A DNA stretch of 64,000 nt, from the NCBI GenBank assembly GCA_040954595.2, contig CM082578.2, forward strand, positions 12,586,520 to 12,650,519, written 5' to 3'. Positions 37,544-50,800 of this stretch are shown here, one piece after another (the first letter of the stretch is position 1; every line of letters begins with the position of its first letter). This DNA is from Balanoglossus misakiensis (taxonomy: Eukaryota; Animalia; Hemichordata). Position numbers and translations under genes: made by a program. Below the pieces are notes generated by a model that was given only the letters and a program-made list of their open reading frames with translations, was not told the origin of the DNA and did not search any database.

Positions 37544-40500
37544 TCAAACAGTGGTCGCAAACTCCATATAGCGTGGGTAACTGTCAGGTTGCAGTCCTCT
37601 GTTAATGTATGTGTTGCTCATCGTGCCACCATTTGGCATGGGACCGTCCACCGTTGACATCTGAGATGCCTGGAGCTTCATTTCCAACTCGTTGCCACTT
37701 GGTGCATTCGGGTCGGCATAGCGACCCGAGCGGTTCACTTTCAAAGCGGGCCCCCAGTCCTCGCTGGGCGACAACAAAAAGTTTATTCTCTGCAATGGAG
37801 AAATGCAAGAGAGTCAGAGTCACTGGCTTTCCTGTGGTCACAGCCTCTCACATGGTTATAAGGTCACTGAACAAATGGAGAAAGTACCAAATAATTGCGG
37901 TGAATGTGCAAATATCTGCTTCCTTCTAGCTGTTAGTTACAAACTGTACGTGTGAAGAAATTTAACACTTCAAAACCGGCAATTTCAGGAATTGTTGTTT
38001 CATAAGCACATAAGGAAAATCTGTGACAAGGTTTGAAAGGCTGTTACCAAGATGTCAACAAGTGTCATTTGGACCGCATCATGTTTGCATGGGTCAACCC
38101 CTGATCTATTGGCTCGAAGTCCAATTATTCATGAAAACTGGAGACACACACTATTAAATGTGCTGTATTACCTCAAGGAAGGTGTTGCCTTTGCTGTACA
38201 CAAAATATTCGATGATCATCCAGAGTGGTATCATAACCATGGAAGCGCCCGCACACAGCCATCCAATCACCTCTCCCGACGGTGGATATACGTAGGCACC
38301 ATAATACACTGGCACGTAGTCTATGTACATCATGATTATGATAAACTGCAAACAAAAAAAATAATCATGAAACGCAGCATTTTATCAGTTATGATTTATG
38401 GAATACACATGAAAAAAACCCCGGGTGATTTAATTGACTTTGTGAGAAGATGATGGATGACACTAAAGTCACTTGCTTAATGACTTTATCATAATATTCA
38501 TTCCGGACTGAACGTGGCACCTACAGTGTCCCAAATCAACCCACCCTATCTCCAAATAACACTTGAAAGATAGCTCCATCAAAAGGATGCGGACAAAAAA
38601 TATCAGACAGACTGTGACTTACCACAATGATGAGAGGGGTCAGGAATTTCCAGCAAATTTTCCACCAAATGCTCGGGTACTGGCCCAACATCATTTTCAA
38701 ATCTTCATAGAAAAGGTCGGTACCTGCAAATAAATTCACCAAAATAATTAAACAGGGAAAGAAAATTACAAAAATGTCTTTTAAACCTATATCAGGTAAC
38801 AATAACTGTCCTTGGCAGAGAGTTAAGGTGGTGTATACCTGTTAATTCAACTGAAAAAATGGATCTGCCGCAGATTAACTTACCGTAGATCCATGCAATG
38901 ACCAAACATTCACAGAAAGAGACCAACAGAAGAGATATGGAACCCGCGTACCAGTCCATCACAGTCAGCAAATAAATACCACCCTGCAATACAGATACAA
39001 GCTGGAGTTATACGGTAGTTGTAAGCGCAGGACAATTATGACACATAGAGATACTTAATTGCCAATTACAAAACAATATGTGGACACAAATAGATATTGT
39101 AAAAAACAACCATAGCCACAGAAATCAACAAGCAGAGGTTTGGTAATGGTGTGGTTAATATGCAATGCTCGATCAGAAGTCTTTTTTATATAATCGCTGC
39201 CCTACACTCACAGCTAAGACAAGCCTCTACCATTGAAATGACCAAGAAAGACAAAACTAACCTGAGTGACCATTGGAAGTCCAAGTAGGAACATTACCAC
39301 ACAGAGTACAGACACAAACAGCGTCCTCCTGGGAAGCAACACATTTGGAAAGCTGTCTATGATGGCGCTGGCAATGCCTTCCACCATACCAAACTGTCAA
39401 ACAAGATGGAAATGTAGCATTTACTGTTTTTTAAGGAAAACAAATTCAAAGTGCAAGCAAAATAAGTAGACTGAAATGCAATGTTTCAGGAATTGACAGT
39501 TCTTTTACAGTTTGTGTTGTGTTGTTTATACTGATGTTGTAATCTATAGCACCATTTGTCTGTCAGAGATAATGAATGTATGTGAATGTACCCGTATCTT
39601 GTGAAGTTTTTGTCTTGAAATTCTTTCAATAAATTCATCAGGGCCCTCCATCAGCCAATTTAATGTTCTATTTCGCTACATCCATTAGTTAAGAAAATCT
39701 TGAAACTTGGGACAATAGGTCCCAATTGGTAAACAGGACCACGGTTACAGAGGTCCCGACCTTTCTAAAGTCAGACTGTCCCACATACGGTATGCAGACT
39801 TCATTAAGGTGTAACGTCACTCACCTGGCTGTCCAAACCAAGCGTGAAAAGCATGAAGAAGAAAATAATTGACCAGAATGGACCGCCAGGTATCCTTGCC
39901 AAAGCTTCTGGATAAACAACAAATGCCAGTCCAGGACCTGAAAATACAAATTTCTCATTTCTGTAACTTGTTTATAAGAAAGCAATTTTTTTTTCAATTT
40001 GTATTTTGACCTTTTCGCACGCAATCCATTGGACACTCGGAAGAAAAAAAACTTCAGTAATGCTATCACGTAATTTGTCAATTTCTCAATATTAAACTTA
40101 AAACAGGAATGTCCCAGTCTTGGCCTTGAGTTTTGACCTTTTTGTATGCAAAGTGAATGAATGTTGGTCACTGAAGCATACATTGGACAATACAAAAAAA
40201 GTGTTGGCACCACTGATGGTATCTACCGGTATTTGCATACGACCTTGTTTCTTGCGGTTATTTCTGCTTGAATATAACTTTGGTTTCATCCAGGTCATGG
40301 CCCGTCTCTAGCCATTGTTAAAGATGGGTTGATTTCACCTTCGAATGTTTATGGGTACAACAATGGTTCACTAACCCCTGTGAACTACCGGGAACTTGTT
40401 TTGCACTTTACACTAAAACGATTGCTTGCTGTTTATAACAAAATGGTTCTGTGAGAAGTGATGCAAGCTGAGGCTTACAAGCAAATTATCACAAATGGAC

Positions 40501-43500
40501 AAAAAGGGAAGTTCTTTTGCAGGTTGCATTTCTATTCAAGTAAAACCCAAGGAGACTTCCAAAATTTTCCTATCATTTCAGAGCAATCTCACTTGCTTAC
40601 AATTTACTCTCCGTCTGTGTTTATTTTGCCACTTATGGGAATGTAGAGAAATAATTGGTGCAAATTCTATCAGTGACCTCACCTGATGTAACCACTTCGT
40701 CAATTGGTTTACCGATGGAATGCGACATGAAACCGAGCACAGAAAAGATGGCCAACCCGCCATAGATACTGGTCCCAGAATTCACAAGGGGCACAATAAT
40801 AGCATCCCTGGAAATATAAAAAGAGCATTCAATATTTCATCATTCATGTCAACATGAAACCATTGACCTGACCATTTAAAAAACCAAGTTGTTGTAGATC
40901 TGTCACAGTGGTTGTGTATATACATTTGTACATCTTCTTAAAAAAACTTTTTCCAGTGTATGCTGCTTTCAGGATGAAAGCTAGGTGTATTTTAAGAAAA
41001 TAAAACAAGCTTTACAAAGTGTTGAAAATGCCTAGCTGAGACAGAAATATTCTGAGAGTCATACCTCCAACAGTTGTGATGAAATCGGTTAAAACTAGCA
41101 AAAGTCAGCAGACCACCCCAAGCAGGTCCCAGTGAGTAGAAAATTTGTACAGCTGCGTCTCCCCAAACCTGTCAAGAAAAATAAAACATAAAGAGCACAT
41201 GTCACATCTAAAAAAATAACACAGGAAAAAATAATTTAAGACTTTTTTTGACAGTTTCATGTACACAAATGCTGAATTGCCAGTCACTATGGATGAATAT
41301 TAAAAACAAACATAACTTTTATACCTTAGCATCAGCCAGTAATTCAAATTTTGGAATCAGAAAGAACTTGAGACCTTCAGCCGACCCAGGCAATGTGACA
41401 CCTCTGATGAGGAGAATGGTCAGAACAACGTACGGAAATGTAGCAGTGAAATAAACAACCTGGAAATAACGGAATTAAAAAACAAACAAAACAATGCTAT
41501 TCAATGGGATCAATTAATTAATTTGTATATTTATTAATGCATTTGTTAGACTGGAATGACTAGCTCAGCTCAAGCTGTAAACATTAAGAAGCCCTCATGT
41601 ATACAACTGCTCTTATATGGAAATGACTCTTTGGATGCATGGACCTGTTGTTATGGCGTGACAGACATCACAACAATCGTTTTTAAAGTTATAGGCATTT
41701 GTAACTGCCACTGCATCCTGTATATATCACTGGTGAATGATACGTCCATTCAGGGCCAGTCTCCAATACTGAACTGTACTTTTACTATACAATGTTATCA
41801 TGCACCAGTGGACATACTAGGTCGTCTGTCAAATGCACAAAAGACCATGGGGGCGTTCAAATAAATTTTAAAGTCAATTAAGGCACTTCTTTAGAGACAA
41901 CTTTTGCTATAAAGCAGCGGACACTTCAAATACTATTCTTGTATGCAAATTTTTTTCACCTTTCCAGAAGACTTGACACCTTTCATGAGGCACAGAAAGA
42001 CCACAATCCAAGCGAGCAGAAGACAGAGAGCTAGATGCCATCGCACCGAGCCAAGTTCATCAATGCCATCACTTATATCCAAGACGTATTTGCTGGAAAT
42101 AAAGAAGTCAAAAATATTACAATTATAACTGAGTCAATTATTTATATTGGGCAATATTAAGAAATTTTCTTTTAATACTGGACAGTATTATTTTTTGATT
42201 TGCATCAAAACAAAGACACCAAGCAAGCAAATTCCTGACTAAAATTATAACAGTTTTCAAGTTACTTTTTCACAGACGAGAATTACTGTACTTTCCCATC
42301 CCATTTTACTTACTCGTAATATTCCTGAGATGGGCTGACGGCATTTGCACTGGACACATTGGTGATGTTGGACATGGAATCAAGAGTGACGCAATTCTCT
42401 GTGTTCCACTTGTTGCCGCAGTCAGACCACGGCAACTCCTTGGTGAAGGAGGCGAAGAAATAGAACAGCGTGTGACAGATGATGACGTTGTAATAGATGC
42501 TGACCAGGAACGAGATAACCACCATGGCATAACCAGCACCTATACCAAAAAAAAAAAAAACATTTAGTCTTGTTTCAGTTTATTAAAAAGATCATGACAC
42601 TTTAAAAGCCAGCATAATTTTCGTGAAACTGAATATTTTTTGTGGTTTGCTCAAAAAGCAAAATGAAACTTCCAAAAGAAAAATACAGTAATTTCATTTA
42701 CAGTAACTACAACCAACAAAGTTTCCATTTAAACACTTTTTCACTTGGGGGTAACTTATAAAGCTTAAAATATGAAAGAATGCCAAGCTCAATTTTCCCA
42801 AATTGATATTAAATCATTAAAAAAAAAAAAATTTAAATACAAATATCTTACCCCGAAATAATGGACAGAGTTTCCAGGCTGTGATGGGGCCTTCACTGCA
42901 GAACTGACCCCATGAAACCTCCATGAAGAATAAAGTCATGCCACAAAACAGCATCATGAGTAGATATGGGATCAGAAATGCCCCTGAAATGATGCAATAT
43001 ATTCCTTATGAGACTTGTACTCTGTGTGACATTGTTGTACCAGTAATACATTTCACTGTTGGTGATTTTAGTGGATTCACAAAAATTACAATGATTTGTT
43101 TACTTTGCTATTGTTTGGCTTTATTGAATGTTAGGAATCAGAAGACAAAAATGAGTTAGAACTGGTCAGGAACTGCACGATAGATTTTGCTCAGTCCCAG
43201 CAATATTTTACAATCCATATTTACACAAGTGGAGATATCTCAGATAGAGCGCCCTCGGAGTTTGTTCCCGTCATTTAATAAAATTCTTTATTACAAATTA
43301 GGGGTGGACCATTTAATTTCTGGGGGGCTGGTGGAATTGAGTTTGGCAAAAAGTTTTTTTTCACCAACCGCGGTAGCATTTTCTTTTTCCCAAACGGTGA
43401 CTGTTTCTTCCCCCCGCAAAACGCTTTCGACAATTTTCCCCCAAATTCTCCAGCCCCACCCACCCCCGAAATCAAATGGTCCACCCCTCAGTAACTTCGG

Positions 43501-43765
43501 TGTACTTTTCTGGAGTTGCCATTCTGAGAATAAATATTGAACTGAACTGAACGGAATTGAATTAGACTCATTTGAAATTTAGCATGTGAAAGAACTACAT
43601 GTACTGCGATAAAAAAAATCGCTCACCTCCTCCATTGCGATAGCACAACGCTGGGAATCGCCAAATATTTCCAAGGCCAACGGCATAGCCGATGAGAGAC
43701 AAGATGAAGTCTAACTTCCCAGTCCAATTTCCACGCTCTACATTTTCCGCTCCTTCATCGGACAT
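37544..43765 (-). CDS. SLC6 sodium/chloride-dependent amino acid transporter, glycine-transporter-like (SLC6A9/SLC6A5 type)
   Basis: Exons 43765-43627 (acceptor 43789), 42983-42852, 42539-42314, 42092-41960, 41459-41325, 41168-41065, 40807-40683, 39937-39825, 39393-39262, 38983-38884, 38723-38623, 38345-38172, 37789-37544. Motifs: [50 protein letters not shown] (GlyT-type Trp in TM6), [20 protein letters not shown]. The start codon is tentative. Confidence 0.94.
43301..43487. mobile_element. MITE with about 25-bp terminal inverted repeats (PIF/Harbinger-like) in an SLC6 intron
   Basis: Left end GGGGTGGACCATTTAATTTCTGGGGG; right end CCCCCGAAATCAAATGGTCCACCCC. Flanked by TTA and TCA, a degenerate 3-bp TWA-type target site duplication. 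Confidence 0.8.
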
Positions 43766-46700
43766 GACACCCCCGGACTCCGGGGGAACCTGGAAAATTG
43801 AAAATAAGCGAGTGAGATGTCGCTCAATCCAAGAAACCACAGTCCCTCTTTCTTGAGGGACTGTGAAGAAACGTATTACCAGTCTCATCTCTCATCCTGT
43901 CGTACGTGCTTTCACGTCCTGTACTAACGCGACAAATTGTACAAAAACTGGAAAGAAATTTAAATACATTAGGTGCTGTGAGAATTTTTAAATCACAGAC
44001 TCTGAGAATTTGATAAAGTACCATATTTGAATGAATGACATTCTTGCGTAAACTTCTTCTAGTAACCGTGCGTAAACGTTAAACCAATTTTCCTCTTATG
44101 AGAAATGTGGCCTTGAAAATGTTACAGGTACAGGTAGGCCTAATGAACATAATAGGGCCCGACCCCCCACTGTTAACGTTTTCAATGACAGGACAGAACC
44201 CCAGAGGGGCGGGTTAATTTCCATCGACCCCTCGAAAAACCCAAGTAGCGAGCGTACCACTATAACTTTCCTCTCTCCCCAACTAAGTGTAACCAGCGGA
44301 AAAATAAATGCCCCTGACTCCACAAGTCGACATGATTCGACGTGACTTTCTGTCGCTGCGCTCTGTCGTAGTCAGTGGAAACCACTAATTGCGTCGCGTT
44401 GCTCCACCTTAATTGTCTATTCCCAGCTTCACATATGTCATCTGGACAAATCAAAATGCGAATGTCCCATAACAATAACAAGAAGCTAGCTTTGGTTTTA
44501 CACTGTAAAAAGACGTCTTACGAGGCTGTTATATATTTATTTTGCCTGTGCGACAAACCCGTGGCGAGGTATAAAGAACTTGACTGACCCTTGCGCAAAC
44601 AAGAAAGCGAATGTGAATATAGGCATGGTCAACCCCACAGATTAGTTAAGTCACAGTCCCTACACTTAATAAATTAAAGTGTTTCGTTGTACCACAGACT
44701 GTGGTACGTCTATAGTTTTACGAACCTTTTGCACATCATGGTCCGTCTTCTCCTTTTCGTCGATGGTATACTGGACCATTTTATAAGCCCTTACAGTCCG
44801 ATAACTGCGCCTCACAATGGTCTTATAGTACCTGTCCCCGGTCCCGATTCTGTTCAAGGACGGTACAGTTTTCCCAAGCTCTCATAATACATATGCAAAT
44901 ATATTAACATGAAAAAAGCCAGGAATACACCCGGTTTTAATAGTCAAGCGGTGTTTTCATGACGAGTGGACAACTGTGCGTAACGCTCTACAACACGTGC
45001 ACCTTGTAAAGCTTGTTTCTGGTTCTGATGCGAGCGGAAAATTAGCGTGCCAGGTAAAAGTAGTTGGTGACAAAATGCCAATAAAAGAACCAATGAAAAT
45101 CTGATTGAAAACTGTTTGTGCATGCAGCTTATACCTGGCATGCAAAACCACGAAAACAAAATTAGTCATAAAAGACGTACAAAGGAAGAGCCGAAGTTTT
45201 CGACCGAACATATGGACTTCTGGTTACATACGTACGTTTACACCTGAATAAGGATGTACAGAATATACCTTTAAACGTTATTATCAGGAGCAGAATTTTC
45301 TGTATTTGAATATTGAATATTTAAATTGGTCGGATATGTTCACACCGGCAGGTTTGCAGAGCTGGTACAATCATCTTTTACCGATTCTCCTTGAAGTTAA
45401 TTTTCACGAATCATTAAGAATTTTTGTGAGTTTTCTTTTTGTGTTTTAATTTGTGTCAGATTCTGGATACTGGATAGAGTTGCATATCGGTGGAGATAGT
45501 CAAGAGAGACTGGTCCCTCTATACTGAGATGCTAGCAGAGTTTGCTCTTCCAACATTGCAAACAGGTCGGATTAATGTTTCAGACTGTATTACTTTACTG
45601 AAATGTGTGATTACCATAGCTTACCCAAGCAAGTTTGATTCTGCAAAGACATTTTCGGGTATTCTTGGTATTTTGCGTATGCCTATGAAGATTTTCGTAT
45701 GAGTTTTGTTGTGGGGCTGTCCGTTGCATCATCACAGTCCCCTATGTGGAGGAACTGGCAGTCTATTTTGAGAAGCTTAATAAGTATACAATTATTGTGA
45801 AAACCAAATATAGAATATGTTATCAATATCAGTCGGGCGTAGCTTTGGCCTACATGTATCTCAGAAATAGAATTTGTTCGACAAAAGTAGACAGCTTGTA
45901 GAAAAAGGGGACGAAAACCATGTTGGTAGGGGAGGGGAGTGGGTGATGGTGATGTACTGGGGTGGGATATTAAAAACCGCATATTGCAATCACAAGAAGT
46001 AATTATATAGATTGTAGAAGTAAAACAATTGTAGCATAAAGGAAGGAAAATTATGTTGGAGGTAGACTTCACACCGAACTGCACAAAAAGCGTTTCGAGT
46101 GGGTGCTTTTTCCAGCAGTATGGTTTGAATTTTATCAACGCTTGTGTTTTTGTTTGCATTACAACCGATTGGAATGTTTCGTCCTGCAGTGCGGTAATAT
46201 CTCCGATGCTAAATCGTCTGGCTTTGACGAACCATGGAGGTACATACATATTGTCGAACTATGGTTGACCTGACTATCCATTAAAAATTTAAATCCATTG
46301 TCTAAATAAACACTTCAGGTATCCAGGAGTCCTACGTTCACTCCAAATGTTATAAAATATACGAGAAAGTCAATTATCAGCCAAGCACTGGTCCAACTTC
46401 ATTTGTGGCCCATCGGCAGCCAACAACATTCTGGGAACGAAACCATTTACAACATAATACGTCTCGGGTACACTGCTAAATTTCACACTTTCAGAGAAAT
46501 TCATCGGTGAAAAAACGCGACCATCAAAAACCATCTTTGAAAACGTGTTCTTTGTTAATCAAATTAGCATATTGCTGGGTATCTATTTCTGGCAAACTAA
46601 GCTAAATTTGGCTGGGCACAGACCAGCACGTTTTCACATGCACGATTCCATACATCATATTGTACACAAGGACCAATATTTTGTTCAGGGAAAAAGCACA

Positions 46701-47838
46701 TACAATAGAATTTTGCTCAGAGCGACTTCCATCAATTTTTAAACCATCTTTCAAGGCAGAAAGCAAGCAGGTAACATAGAATGATACTCTATCCCCATTT
46801 ATAATAAGTAGTTCTGATTTATCCTTGTATTCTGGTGTATGAAGTTATTTTCACCAGGAATGCAACACTATCAAATTGCCACCCATAGATATCACCAGTA
46901 CATGTAAACACACACGCAAACACACAAAGACAACTTGCTTGTTTGTTTACGCTTTTTTATTTTTCATGATTGGGACATTCAAAAGTCCAGTTCTACGATT
47001 TTTATATCTCTTTCATAGCATATTTGATTTGCTAACATTCAGGGGTGGGGTTGGGACGTTGGTCTGAAATTCCTAAATTGGTAAAAAACCTCAGGAAAAC
47101 ATGCATTTTTCAGAGGATTATATTGAAATGCACAGAAATGTAGGGGTTTGATTCTCTTTGCTTTAAAGCTTCCCTTTGGCGCAGTGTAGCTGTACTGGTT
47201 GATGTCCATGAAATCTCAGAGTTAAAATGATCACATAAATGTCCAATGCGATTCAAAACTTCCACTCTTTCAACAGAAAATCTTTGTGTGACAAATATCT
47301 TTGTGAATAATATCTTTGTGTGACAGACAGAATCTGTTCCACACTGAAACTGGCCAACTACAGCGAAGCTATGGACCAGGCCCCCTAAAATACCAATATT
47401 ACAGCTCTCAGGCATGTTACCATGGAGATCTATTGCATCTATTTGTGTGTGTGTTTGTGCAGTTCGAGTCGAGCTCGTACACCTTGGAGTAGAGACAGGG
47501 GCCGGTCCCTGGTTATCCCAAGAATAATGACAAATGTACAGCAACCACCACTCGGCATTTGGAATCACCCTATTCATTATCATGCTAAAATTGGAACTTT
47601 ACACTGTAAAGTAGGGGTGAAGAAGGCAAATCCATACATGCCGGCTTCTCTTAACCGCTATGTCCCTGTGAGAAAATTTGCAGTACAACCCTGTAACAGT
47701 CAGACCGCCCACCAAAAATCGATATTTGAACTGTCACGTTATAATCACATAGCGAGTGAAGATTTGTTGAAAAGAAAAAAAAAAATTAAACATTGTATGA
47801 AATTCTGGAGAAAGGAGGTTGGTTGTATATTGGTTATT

Positions 47839-50800
47839 TTAACCAACAGCAGAAGCAATGACTTCACTGGCACTATGATCAGAACTTCGTACTGTAATCT
47901 GCATGGTGACGCTGCCTTCCATCATGGCTAGCCTCGCACGCACTAACGAGTCGTGACCACCGCGGTAAACGCCCGCTAAATATAACGTATGCGAACTGCG
48001 ACCTTCGGCGACCTTGTCTGACCTCTCACACGGCTGCATACCGAGGAAATTGACAATATTTTTGACAGCTTCTGTTGACAGGAATGAAAGGAGAGAAAAA
48101 AACTTGTTAATATTTACATTGGTCAAAGCAAAACTGTTCAGCTTTTGGTTAGCAGTTGTTATGTCCATACTTGAGTTTAAATCCCCAAATTATATATTTA
48201 TGAAACTGTACCTTCTAAACTTTTAGCTGAGAGGGCGTAGGTTTCTTCAATCTGGTTTTCTTCGCCCACTTCTTCCCACGACGCTCCAAAGTTTGGTTTC
48301 ATGACGCGCTGTATGTGATCGGCTACTGTGACTTCTATGTCTTCCAACTTTAAGAAAAGGACACAAAAGAATTAATGATCAAGCTATGTCAACCCTCTCC
48401 AAGCACCATAAAACAGTCAACTTGAAGACAGAAACACTGGATAATTTCATTGAACACTGAAGTTTAATTGTGCCAGTTCTACACACAGAAACCATGGTGG
48501 TAGGAACACTGTCACCTCTAATTTACATATGCCCATATATGGTTAAAAGGGCATGTCTAAGTCAAAGGTAAGGTAAAGCACTTTTTGTACGGCCATCCAA
48601 GTGAAAACCTGTTATTGGTTAGATTTCATCTTGTCATGGTATCTATGGGCTTAATTTGTGGCTAAACAGTCACAGCCACAGGGCACTCAAATCATTGTGA
48701 AGCAAAAACACTTACAACATATTCATCTTCATATCCTTCGTCATCAGGCTCCCCCGTGTTGGGATCACAATCTTTGACCATATATTTCATGGTGTTACTG
48801 AATGAAGCTGTCACTGTAAGACAAGAAGACGTGAACATATATTTAATTAACAATTTGTCGTTTGTACATTGCCAATCAGTAATACAGATCATTTGTCTTT
48901 TTCACAAAGCACAGAAGAAAATTCGAAATACAAACCTGAAGTTGGATCATCTGGTAGTTTCACACATGTATATGTAACACCCGGTGTGTTGTATTTTAAA
49001 ACTGGTGCTGGAACGTAGCATAAAACTTCAAAATCATCCGACGTGTCCATGTGAATTGTCACATTCTCCAACTGTTGGTCATTTAGTGTGTTTGTACAAT
49101 CAAACTGAAAAAAAAAGAAGATACATGTAAAATAATACGACTTTGATATGTGCCAGAGTCATACAGGCCATGAAAACCAGCTAGATTTTCATTCTCTACA
49201 TGCAGTTATTTCTTTTATTAAAATATATATGGTCAATTTAAATGTTATTCTGGGTTGTATGTTTGCAGATAGTTATAAATCACTAAAATCCAACATACCT
49301 GGAATACCACATGTTCAGCAAAAGTGTGTTTAATACAATGTACCATGTATTCTGTTTCTGATTCTGTTAGCTCTGCTGGCGTGACGGAGGACTTGAAAAG
49401 TGGACCCAGACCACTGAACTCCGGTACAGCTGCCAGTTGTTCTGGAATCACAGGTTAAGAAAATCACAGATTGATCAGTCAGTCAAACCATGGTGGTGAA
49501 AGGGTTAAAAGCAAGATGTTATTTCAAAACTGGTGCTACGCTACAGACAGTCACTTACCTGCAAAGATATCTTGTCTGGAGGCTGCCATTTTGTCTGGGG
49601 TTTTACCTGTGCTCATATCTCCTGTAAAATAACACATCCGGTGTTCAAATGTTGATGTTATAATTACATTGTAACAGATGTGCCTTACAAGCCAAAATTA
49701 TTCACTGTTGGTGCAAAATATTGTACACAGCATAAGAAGTTATTTGAGTATATGGCACACATCTTTATGATTGCATGTTTCACAAATCAACAAAGCACAA
49801 TCACTCATGTAGACCACCATACCATGTGACTTACCTATAAGTTGTTTCTGATCTGTGATTGGCTGAGTTTCAAGCGGCACACTCTTCATGTCAAAGGGCA
49901 CCTCCGAGGGCTCGTGAGTGTAGTGATGCAGTGCTCTCTCTAATCCAACGATGGATACATTCAGAGCTGTCACATGAATAAAACATGCATCCAGTTACCA
50001 AATCATACAAGTACAACAGAACACTGACACGGTAATGCTTGAAATTTGCTCAATGACCACTTACAGTTAAGGATGTAGATGGAATTCAGTGCTTTCTGGT
50101 GTTCTTGGAGCACGTTCAGATACAGGGTTGCTCTGTCTCTTACTTCATCATCACTGTCAAGCAGACACCTGTACGTAAAATCGAGTGAGAAGTGAGCATA
50201 ACACATATGATAACAGTCCACAGTTGATGAAACTCAGGACTGCTGTTTAGATCCAAGAATAAAGATTTTTTTGTTCATCAAGTGATAGACTAAACATTTA
50301 GAATACCTTTCTAGAAGTACCAGTACACTTGGCAGCAAATCCTCACAGTTGGCACCAAACTTAGCAAGTGAACTTACAGCAGCTGCAAGAAAAGAGTGGA
50401 CATGAGTCAGTGATACCAACAGATGCATGGTACAGTACGCACTGTCTACACATTCAAATTTCATTATAACTTCAATCGCCACGTAATGAAAACCCTTCCC
50501 CTCCCAGAGTGCGAGCATGATCAATGCAACCACATACCGGCTCTGACAGAGGCATTTTCCAGGATCACCCTGTTGTAGATAAACCGGATGTACTTGGATG
50601 GCTGTTGAGTGCGAGGTCCTTCACGCCCCAGTAGATGCAGGATGCGCACTGCAAGCGACGTGTGCTCGCAGTCCTCAATGAACTCGCACAGGTGGGCCAG
50701 GCCGGCTTCTTTGGCCTCGTTGTTTTCCTCAACAATGGACATGACGGTATCAACAATGGCTTTCTTGTATTCAAAGCCACCCTGGTGGAGAAAAAATCAG

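Noticed and set aside
39612-39650. CTGATGA...GAAA hammerhead-like core (also at about 2433)
   Set aside because: Stems I and III cannot be formed.
45683-47931. ORFs of 157-188 aa between SLC6 and COPG
   Set aside because: No recognisable domains or splice structure; likely UTR or intergenic sequence.
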